Shown: one piece after another, positions 36,301 through 47,200 of the stretch
How positions within the stretch are numbered: the stretch's first letter is position 1
How the letters are laid out: each line of letters begins with the position of its first letter
Assembly (NCBI GenBank): GCA_048013815.1
Contig: CM106585.1
Location: 19,654,001 to 19,718,000, forward strand
Direction: 5' to 3'
Origin: Setoptus koraiensis
Lineage: Eukaryota; Animalia; Arthropoda
DNA length: 64,000 nt
Program-made: the position numbers and the translations under genes
The notes under the pieces: generated by a model
What the model saw: the letters and a program-made list of their open reading frames with translations, nothing else
The model's database searches: none
Told to the model about the DNA's origin: nothing

Positions 36301-39300
36301 CAATGTGTCACCGTGCTGACTTGTGTGAGATCGCTCGCTCACGGCCGCCGGGCCCATTGACAAGTGGCCGTCAGCTGTTGGCGTTCTCACACTGGCCACT
36401 CGCACTGCCCGCTGACACTGCGACTGACACTGCGACTGACACTGCGACTGACACTGCCCACTGACACTGCGACGCGCCGTCAGCGCAACGTGCTGTCAGT
36501 GCGACGTGCAAGCGGGCGCTGCCGGCCACTGCGCGCCGCCACTCGCTGACGGTCAGTGCGCGCTGGCGTTGCGACCACAGCGAGTGGCGCGCATCATCAT
36601 TATTAACTTGATTGATAATTAAACGTGCTCGCACGGCCACTGTCCAGCTACTGGACAGCCCAGCGACACAGTGACTGGCATTGTCAATGAGCGGACACTC
36701 GTGTGCGCTCGTGGTGCGCTCGCGGTGCGCGGCCGCGCTCGGCCAAAAGTCAATCAATCAATTACGGCCGCTCGGCTGGCGCGCTGGTGCGTGTGCGAGC
36801 GGCCGCGAGTTTGCTTCTCGTGCACTTGTTGTGAGCGGCGCGGCCGGTCGATCGCCGACCGCGGCTCCCGTCCGCCGATTCCCGATTGCGGTCGCCGGTC
36901 CGCGATCGCGGTCGCCGGTCTGCCACTCGGGCCGAGCGGCCCGACCAGTGAGAGTCGCGCCTGGTACCCGGCGGATCAATCATCGCGTCAGCCGTCGCTG
37001 ATGGACGCGTCCGCTCGCAACTGCCACTGCCACTGCAATCGGCGAGTGCGAATGCGAATGCGAGAGCGAATTTGAATGAATTCGCTGAGAATCGTTCGCT
37101 GAGAATCGTTCGCGTTCGGCGAGTTATTGGCGTTCGGCGAGCAGTTGATGCATCAATTCGAACCGGTCGAACTAGCCAACAGCCAGTAGCCAATAGCCAA
37201 TAGCCACCGTCCAACAAACCAACCAACAGCAGTCGACCGGCCACAACTGTCCACTGTCGGGCTAGTACTGCTGCCGCGACAATCGCGCCGAGCGTCGCCG
37301 CGCCGATCGATTGGCTCGTTGGCATCGGTGGCCGATGCGGCCATCGACTGGCCACTCGTGTGCGCTCGTTGTGCGCGCTGGCCAGTGGTCAGCTCGAGTG
37401 GGCGCGCATGACACGCCTCAGGTCACTTGTTGGCAGCGAGTTGCCGGCCACAGGCGAGTAGCTGGCGATGGGCGAGTAGCTGCTGGCCACTGGCCACTAG
37501 CCACAAGGCGATAGGCGACGGTTGGCGCCACAGCGGGCACTTGTTGGCTCGTTACGACACGCCACGACCGAGCTGCCGAGCGTCGCCGTGCCCGCAACTG
37601 TCGCCACAGTTAGCCCGACTGGACATGCGACGCACAATACGACGCGATGCTCGGCATAATGCGATGTATAGCCCGATATAGCGCAATGTGGCGCGACATG
37701 TCGAGCGCGGCCGGCCGGATGTGAGCCGGGCCGACAAGTGGCAGCGCCGATCGGCAGCGGAGCGTCGCCGATCGATCCGATCGACATTGAACTTTTCGCG
37801 CTACTGAGCAGCGCCAAAATTTCAATTATCGCGCTTCCAGTCTCTTGATATCTCAACGGCGCTGACCAACGCCGAACCTGTCGACTCACCTGTCAGTATA
37901 TTACTCGCGATTGTCAGTGTGTTACGCTGACTCGCAATTGTCAGTCGCACTGACAATCGTGATTGCACGACAACGCTGACGAATCGCGATCGTTGGCTCG
38001 AGCGCGATCTCAGGTGCGATCTCAACAGCGAGTGGCCGCCGCAGCCGGTTGCACAATGCGGCCGCCCATGTCATGTGCGCCAGTGCGGCCAGTGCGGCCA
38101 CTGTGCCACAGCCAATAGACTGCAATCAGCTGACCGGCCAACGGACCGCTCACAGGTCCGAATCGGAACGATGTCACTGTCAGCTGACCGCCTGCCTGTC
38201 AGCTGACTATCGGCTGACCGCCTCAGTGACAGCCAATAGTCAGTGACAGCCAATAGTCAGTGACTATTGGCTGTTGGACGGTGTCCATTAGACTCTAATG
38301 ATTGGAGAGCAGTGTGACGCTCAGCGGCACACTGCGCCACATTCAGCGCAAAGTCGGACAGTTGCGCGCCGCGACAGGTGTAGCTGTTGCAACATATCAC
38401 GTCAACTACATAGTGTATACAACGTTGGCCAGCGGCCAGTGGCTAGTTAGCGTGAAAGTGGCCCAGTTCATTGATGTTTTGCATCATCAACAAGTGCCAA
38501 TCAGTCGGTGCGCCGACTGGAGCGGGCCGGATGTGGCCGGTGCGGCCGCACGCCAGCGTGAGCGCTGGCCCGATTCAGTCGGGCCGTGATGCCCGGCTGA
38601 CACTCATCAGCTGAGCAGCGGCAGCCGGGCGATGCGAGCCGCTCGTCGCCGGCCACTCGCTGCCGGCCGCTCTCGTTGCCGGCCAAAGCGCAAGGCGATC
38701 TCCAGGCAGCGCCAGTGGTCAGTGGCTAATGACGCCAGAGGCCGCATAGTGGCCGCACTGGCCGCCGGACACGGCGCGCGATGACGGTTGCAGCGCCAGC
38801 AGAAACAATGAACATCGCCTGTTAGAATGTTGCAGTCGTCGGGCACATTTCAGCAGTGTCATGGGGGCACATTTCAGTTTATGGCCGACAAATTTTGTAG
38901 TTGACAACTCGCAAATTACAGTTTGCGGCCGCGCCGAGCCGCGAGCGCGTGTTGCGAGCGCACGGGCGACAGCGAGGGGCGGATGTTGCCGTGCGCATGT
39001 TGCGGTCACTCGCAACTCGCCTGCGCAGCCTAATTAAGCGCACTGTTGCGTCATGCGCGGCCCATTGTCCGGTCCGGTCCTGTTCTGTCGACCGGCCATT
39101 GTGCAACCGGCGGCGCTGACGGCCAGCTGTACAAGTGACCCGACGAGAGTGACCAGATTGCGAGCGCGACCCCCTCCGTCTGAACGAGCCACTGTTTTCG
39201 CGAACAAATAGTGTGTGCAAAAACACTGACTTTGCACTGGTGCAAAGTGACCAGAGCAAAGTGACCGGCGCAAGAGACCGGTGCACGGTGACCAGTGCAC

Positions 39301-39910
39301 AGTGACCAGTGATGCTGCATGCAAAATATGCACGACGAGCGACAAAGCGACAGGTAGCGATGGGCGTCGACCGCAGGCTAACGGTCAACTGTTGCGTGCC
39401 GTGTCATTACATCGTGTGTGTGTGTGTGTCGCAATACATAACATAACATACAAGTTGCATAACATGACACAATGGAGCGCGTTGAGCCAGGCGCGTGAGA
39501 CGGGCCAATCTGAACGCACAACAGACCGGCGGCGACCCGTTGGCGCGGCCTCGGGTCCCGCACTTCGAGCGCGCCGTGCGTGCCCACATTCGGCCGAAAT
39601 CGATTGTGACAGACGCACATGTCGGGATGTACCTGTGCGCACCTGTCCGTGACCGTGTTTGCAGCGTGCGACCCGCTTTATGGCCGTCGCGTACGGTCTG
39701 TCTCGTGCGCCGGTCGCTGCGGCCGCTCAAGTGGGCAGCCCGCGCGAGTGAGCCGAATGGCCAGATGCCGAGTGGACACTGGCGCAGGCACAGTCGGCCT
39801 AGTGACGGTCGGCCGAGCGACAGTTGGCCGGAAACGGGCTGTTGTGCCGGTTATTATGCTGTGGCACTCATCAGGTGCACTCAATTAACTCGTTCGGCGC
39901 GCAGCTGATA

Positions 39911-39960
39911 CATGACAGATCGACATGACAGATCGACATGACAGATCGACATGACAGATC
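39911..39960. repeat. 13-bp tandem array (CATGACAGATCGA) x4
   Basis: TGACAG at 39913, 39926, 39939, 39952. Confidence 0.95.
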
Positions 39961-40686
39961 GGGCCGCGGATCGGGCGCACGACAGATGGAGCGCACAGAT
40001 TATCTGTGCATCTATCAAGGGCGAGACGCTCGGAGATGCGAGCCGCAGATAGGACAACTGTCAAAAAGACTCGAACGCTGGCCGAGCGCGGGCTATCGGT
40101 CGCTGTTGCCGTCGTCGAGTTATTACAGCCACTGGCCAGCCCCGATATAAGCACGGGATAATTGCAAACGTGTCAACTAATGCCGTTTGTCGTCGTGTGT
40201 CGCCCGATCGTTTACGACTGTCGTCGCGGCTCATCTGCATGCAATATACGCATAATATAAGGCTCTAATTGATCGATCGGCGGTCTGGCGAAATTCCCAA
40301 TTCGGGCCCGATTGTCGCCGCTCACAAGTGTCGTCGCGCACAATTGTCGGCATCGGTCTGAATCGGGCACGCTGGCCGGCGATCGCGACTCGCAACAGGT
40401 CCCAAAGTTTGGGCTGCTCGGCCGACAGTCGGAGCCGCGGGCGCAATCGCCCGCCAGTTGCCCGTCTCGTAACTCGCTCGTCACTCGCTCGTCATTCGCT
40501 CTTCACTCGCGCCACGAAGCCCGGCGAGACCGCGAGTTCGGGCCCGACTGTCCGCTCGCAGGTTGCCAGTCGCAACTTTGCGTTTTTTACCCGCGCGCCG
40601 CTCAACAGGCGACACTCACAATTGTCAATGTCGGACACTGCTGCCCGTAGTCGCTCGCTGCCTCTGCCACCATCTGTGATGCTTGT

Positions 40687-40836
40687 GTGCACCGTGGTGC
40701 ACCGTACGTGGTGCATCATTCGTAGTGGCACATCATACGTAGTGGTGCACCCTACATGGTGGTGCACCGTACGTAGTGGTGCACCCTACATGGTGGTGCA
40801 CCGTACGTGGTGATGCACCGTACGTGGTGGTGCACG
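40687..40836. repeat. 17-bp minisatellite (GGTGCACC core) with A/B alternation (34-bp higher-order repeat)
   Basis: Core at 40744, 40761, 40778, 40795, 40812, 40829; A=AGTGGTGCACCCTACAT, B=GGTGGTGCACCGTACGT. Confidence 0.9.
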
Positions 40837-41853
40837 TAGCGCAAGGCACAGTGTCTGGCGGTGGTGCCGCCGTGCGAGGTGTCGTGCGTGTGCGTGTGTG
40901 CCATGGGCGAGTCATGAGAATTGGGGCAAGGAACTTTGCTGGTTCGCGCTGGCCAACTGGCGTGTTTGCTAATTATTTGAGCTTGCGACGCTCAGGGGGA
41001 AAGCGCCAGGCCATTAGCAGTGGCCACTCTATTTGTCCTTCTTTGTTCTTTTGCGTTCGCACATCTTCTGCCCTTCGAACGCTTCTCTGGCTGCCCCGCT
41101 TCTTCTTCCCCCTCCGCCGCTTCTTCTGCCTTCTGCCCCCTTCCAGCGCTCGTTCCAGCGCTCGTTCCAGCGCTCGTTCTAGCGCTCGTTCGAACGCTTC
41201 GCGAAGCCACCACTTTCAGAGCTGCTCGGGAGCTGCCCTGTCGCTGTCGCTGTCTCGGAGGCAATTGCAGACGGGCCGATAGAAGGAGAGAGTGTGTGAA
41301 CTGCCGCATCACCTTGCAGTCGGCTGGCCGCTGCCCGAGTTGCAATCACATTATACTGGCCAGCACTAGGCTGCCCAGCGTTATACCGACCGGCGTTATA
41401 CTGACCAGCGTTATACTGACCAGCGTTACACTGCCGCCCACTGGACACGGGTTAGACCCAAAACAATCTACTTGTGCTCGTATTTGTGCTAGAATTGGCG
41501 CATGCTCGCCGGCACAAGTGAACCCAAGTGTTGTGAGCCGGACAATATCCGAGCGAGCGGACGACTCCAGTTGGCACAATCTCACAACGACAACAACGAC
41601 AACGACAACAACAAGCACCAGCTGTCGCTCTGATAACAACAATAACACTGCTGCTCACCGGTTGAAACAATCAATGTTTGCCAGCGCAAACGGGCACCAG
41701 GTGACCATCGGCACACAACCACTGCCACTGCCACCACCACGGTACCAGTCTGCTGGCACAACTCTTCTTCTCACGCCCTCGCTTTCGCCTCAGTACCTGG
41801 TCGCTAGACGGCGCTGCTTGCATGCTGATGGGCCTCAATCCGCTGGCTGTGCC

Positions 41854-41913
41854 GGCTCGCGATGGCTCGCGATGGCTCGCGATGGCTCGCGATGGCTTGC
41901 GATGGCTTGCGAT
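41854..41913. repeat. 10-bp tandem array (GGCTCGCGAT) x6
   Basis: Read directly. Confidence 0.9.
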
Positions 41914-43667
41914 AGCGCCACAACAATAGATGGTCATCAATATATAGATCGGCCTGTTGCTCGGTGAGGCTCGCCAATCGAGCGGCCGACCGAGCCGAAC
42001 GAGCCGAACGAACGGGCCGAACGACCGAGCGACCGAACGGGCCGAACGAGCGGCCAGCCGAGCAACGCGAACCCGCAAAATGGCCGGCGACTCGGGGGCC
42101 GTCACGAGCAGCAAAGGGCAACAATTGTCGGCTGCGGGAGCCGAAAAACGCAAAAGCTGGTGCTGCGCCCAGAAATGAACGGGCCGCGTTTGAGGTAACT
42201 CGCATCAAATTGACTTGACTCGGGTGAGACCATTTGACACAGTTGCTGCGGGTCACGCTCACCGCGACCCAGATAGTTAAGTGTAACCAGTCGGCGGCAG
42301 TTGGCGGATTATTTGTGTTTATTGTGTGTCCGTAACGTCCGTGCGACTTGGTCGTCGCATTTGCCGGCCCTTGCAACAACCTTTGTGTCAGCTCTCAATA
42401 AAACTGTCTTGTTCTGTCTTTTATCGCTCACCGAATCACAAAGGGTGCGCCCCAGACTGGGTTAGAGAGCGACACCAGCGAGACAAAGTGAAATGCATCA
42501 GTCAATTTAACTTTATCTGCCATCAGCGAGCAAAGTCAGGTGAGTTCCTATGGCGCTGTTGATTATATGACTACATTATTTTAGTGTGTGTATATGTGTG
42601 TCGCTGCAGAGAGCGAGACACAAATCCAAATGTGTCACAGTTGATTTAGTTGATTAACATTTTTTAAATAAAACACCAAATGTACATGTGTGTCTCACGT
42701 GCAATAATCGTATCAACTCACCGGGCTCACAAACGGTAAACAATCCCGGGTTCCAACTCGCCGAATCCCAATAACAATGTGGCCACGGGCAAACAATTGA
42801 CGCCATCTATCAACCAGTGGACCAGTTAGTCCAGTGACAGAGGTAGTACCTCGATCATGACGCAAACCTATGCACCAGAATTCCCTCAAGTAAAACAATT
42901 GCTATTTACTGCCTTTGCTAGATTGATTGTAACTAATTGGAACAACTGCAAATGGGTTACGAGCGAAGATGTTTGCGAGCTGACATTAAAATGTCAACTA
43001 ACAACAAGTGGTGATAAAACACTTTCCAAAGACTGGTTAACATAACAAAATGTTTGCTTGCGGCATCACAATAGTTTCCTTAACTAACATGATGACAGCG
43101 CCCCTCTTATGTTTTAGAACAACGGTGCAATATTATAACGGAATTATTGACGGAATAAAACAGATAATAAATGGCACAAGACAAACAACCGTTATTCGTG
43201 AGTCACATGATATAGTGCCGTTACATACCAGTGACGTGAGGTGATGTGAATGATGTTTCCATGTATGAATATATAACGTAATTAGATCAATTAATACGAC
43301 ACGCAAATTATGCAAATGACTTGCCCGAATTGCGCTTGCCAACGGGAAGCGTCTTATCACCAGTTAGTGCTTGTTTTATCAGTATGGATTGAGGTGATAT
43401 AAATGCAAGGTTGAGCCAATATTTGCATTGTTGCCAGTGATGGGTGACCCAGTTCGCTGTCCTTCTTATATGAGGAAGCACAATAGTCAACGTTTTTCTG
43501 CCTCACTATATAAAGAAGCCACAATGGGTTGAAGCAACCATCATTCAATGCGAGCCGATCAACTCGACTAAACATCACCAGAGCATAAGCAGCAAACAAA
43601 AGTTTTAAATATATTATTAAGTTATTGTCAAATCAGTGATTCATAGTAACTATCAAAATCAACTAAC

Positions 43668-43913
43668 ATGAAGACAGGATTGAAGTTCATCGCTATCGCA
43701 CTAGTGGCTATGGTTATCTTGGCTGAAATATCCGAGGCCTGCGACAATGGTAATGGTAATGGCAATGGTGGTGGTGGTGGTGGCAATGGCAACAACAACA
43801 ATGCAAACAGATCCAGAGGTAGAGCTCGAAGATCAAGACGCGTTAGAAGAAGCTTCTGGAATAGTAACAATGAGCTCACCAAAAAACCAGACCTAGACCA
43901 CAAGCATACCTAG
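43668..43913 (+). CDS. Orphan small secreted peptide precursor (81 aa)
   Basis: AACATG start; textbook signal peptide (MKTGLK, hydrophobic core, SEA|C); Gly/Asn linker; Arg-rich RARRSRRVRR; TATATAAA at 43507 and AATAAA at 44035-44040. Confidence 0.8.
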   Translation: MKTGLKFIAIALVAMVILAEISEACDNGNGNGNGGGGGGNGNNNNANRSRGRARRSRRVRRSFWNSNNELTKKPDLDHKHT

Positions 43914-44247
43914 TGAGCCTCCACTGGTGGATGGACAGTTGGAACATCTTAACAAAGACGACATTTTGATTAATACGAGACAATGATAATATATTCAGAT
44001 TGTATCCGTTTTTTTGATCAATCTTGACGATAATAATAAATTTTACACTCTAGCCGCTCATTCGTGAATGCGCGAAAAACTAATTTGTTTCTATTTTTAT
44101 TCATTCATATTTACACATTTAATTACCTTATAAATACATTCATCTCAATCTATGCTTAATAGTCTGTCATGTTCATATCAAATTTTCCGTGAGTATATAT
44201 CTGATTCAAGTGAAAACGTCATAAGATGGATTTCCAGCAATCAGTTG

Positions 44248-47200
44248 TCATCGACATGAATTGAAAACCATTTTAGTTATCTTAAGAAATTCACTCATAG
44301 TATTGCCAATAATTTCGTCATTTGAGTCCGATTGAACGGTACTGTTCTTTGTGTGGACAAACCAGTCGAAATACTTCTGCCAGACACTTCTCCAATTTCT
44401 TAGGGCGATAGCATCATCCTTGGTCATTCTAAATGATAGTAAAGAATTCCTATCCAAAGTCATCACCACCATATTGCCACTGTTTGCCTCGTTCGAGTTA
44501 GAACTTTTATAATCCTGCAATGTTATATCGGTACCACCAAATAATAGCAGACTGTGGGGCTGCACTACAGAGCCATCTCTGACCACAATCAAGCCTGTCT
44601 CTTGATCCATACGACTATTTAGATAGGTGATAAAATTAGGTCTCCTCTCTTCTGTAGGTTCAAATTGTGAATTGTAATCACTATCATCATCACTTTCATC
44701 TTTACCAGACGCTTCGATTTTGTCTTTTCCCATGGCAATATTTTTCACGATTGATTCTCCAGCTAATCTAACTCGCTGATTTGATTTACTATCCATTGGC
44801 GATATCTTGTTTGGGTAGGAACGACCATTCTTAACCAAACCACGCATTATTCGCACAATCTTGGGATAAAAACCTTGTACAAGTGATGATACAACTATTA
44901 CATTTTCATCCATGTTCATGTTGGGTAAACTGTCAACCGAGTACCATTCATAGGTATTAGTGAAGTTGGCTGCAACTAACATACGAGCGTATAGATTTCT
45001 ACACTCCTGAATGTTGGCCATGGCACTTCTATTGAGATGATTTTCTTCGACAAAATATTCACCCTCAAGCCGGCTCATTGCGGCTGAATCATAATGCTTC
45101 AATAGACTTGCCAAAGCAATGTGATCTGACATGTTGTTGGCGCTCTCTTTGTTTGGTTTTTGACCTAGGGCCTCCAAGAGAAATTTCCTCTTAATGTCCC
45201 TCAATTGCTGCTTATCGATCTGCATGGACAAAAATGGATCTTGTGTCGAACTTAGCATAGCACTAGCGTTCAAAATCGGATAGAGACATCTCAGTGCGGC
45301 TGCCAGTACTAATGCTACGGATAGTCTAGGATGAGTTGTGAAACCAGATATTCGCTTTCCTAATACTGTGAGATTCTCTTCTTGATTTAGAACCCTGAGT
45401 GATATGAGTTCCTCCAAAGCACTGTTTATGGCGCTAGAGCTTGGATGTTGAATGGCCTGAGATAAGAATGTGACCGATTTCTCATTTGGACAATGGCACT
45501 TGACTTCCATTATGACAGATTCTAATGGTATTCTCAAGAGCTCTGGCTTGGGAAAATCTTGAAACTTAGCCTCGTCTTCTCTTCTATATAATCGGAAACA
45601 TTCACCAGGACAAGTACGTCCAGCTCGACCAGATCGTTGCTTGGCATTTGCTTTAGAGATCCATCTTGTTCCGAAAGTCGACATATTAAGATCCTGGTCG
45701 TAATCAATGGAGTTACACAGACCACAGTCGATCACATAGGCTACATCGTTTATTGTAATTGACGTCTCGGCTATGTTTGTGGCAAGAACAACCTTGCGTT
45801 CGAATTCCCCTACCCTACCAAAAATCAATCTCTGTTCGCTGAGTGGTAACTTTGAATGAGCTAAATACACCTTCAATTTGTTGCGAGTTTTCCTATCAGG
45901 CAGTGACTCGAGTTCTTTTTGTAAAGCTTTCATCTCTTTCCATCCAGGCATAAAGCATAATATAGAACCTGAGTCTCTGGTTACATCTATATGTTGGACC
46001 AATTGCACAATCAGATCCAAATTGAGACGTGGATTTCTAGATGGGGCATTATTACAGTTGATATTGATAGCATCTGCAATATCTTCCAGATATAAGTTCT
46101 GAACCGGAAAGCAACGTCCTGGTACTGAAATGATGGGACAATTATCGAAATATTGTGAAAATAACGACGCATCCATGGAAGCGCTCATAAATATCACTCT
46201 TAAATCTCTTCTTCTCGCCAAAAGTCTTTTTATGAGTATCAATAAGAAATCTGTAGTGCAGTCACGTTCGTGTACCTCATCTATGACTAAGTGAGTAATT
46301 CCCTTGAGGTCTGCATTTCTGTGTAACTTTCGTAGTAGCATACCAGTTGTGAAGAACATGATAGCATTTATATCTCTATTGGGCAATTTCGCATCAAATC
46401 TTACTTGATGACCCACACTGTGTCCCGCACCGGATTCACCAAGTTCTGCTGCAACACGCTCTGCAAGAGATATAGCTGAAATTCGTCTGGGCTGTGTTAC
46501 TGCTACATTGACATAGCCTTGACTGTTGGATTCGTCAGCAACAAAGTTTTCCAATATAAATTGAGGTACCTGAGTAGATTTTCCACAACCGGTGTCTCCA
46601 GCTATAACTATCGTACGATAACTTTTGAGACTGGACATTATCTGTGATTTTAATGACCTTGTTGGAAGACGATCTTGTGATGACATCATATCGTAAAAAT
46701 GATCATCAGTGTCAATCTTTTTTTCCTTTTTTTCAAAGACTATTTTTAATTGATTCCAAGAGTTTCGAATTTTCAAATCATTAGGTTCTGTGTATGGACG
46801 AGATGTGAATATGTCTATGATGGCGTTGGCGGGCAGTTTAGTAAATGTTTCGCTACCAGTATTCGCACACTCTTCGAACTCAACACCTTCGTCCAGTGCC
46901 AAATGTTTTCCTTCTATATCCCCTGCTTCAAGGCAGTCATAAGACTTTCTCGCAGCCGCTACCTGATAGTCAATTAGATTATCTATGCATTCATCATATT
47001 TTGATATGAAGGACATCATTTGCTGTTTCAAGCTCATTGGTATTGGGTTCACTAAAACAGGACCTCTTGTTTGGTCCAAATTAGAATCGCCACTAATCTG
47101 TACTCTTAGGTTAGAATCAATGGAGTTGCTAGTTCTCAGATGATGTATGGCAGCCAAGGCTGCAAGATTCTTGGCGTCTTTTTTGTTTAACGCCTTGGCT

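Larger units (their letters stand above)
33400..42600. promoter_or_regulatory. Second GC-rich, repeat-dense non-coding block (probable regulatory DNA)
   Basis: Same composition and micro-array/hairpin texture as 1.1-25.7 kb; no recognisable domain ORF. Confidence 0.55.
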
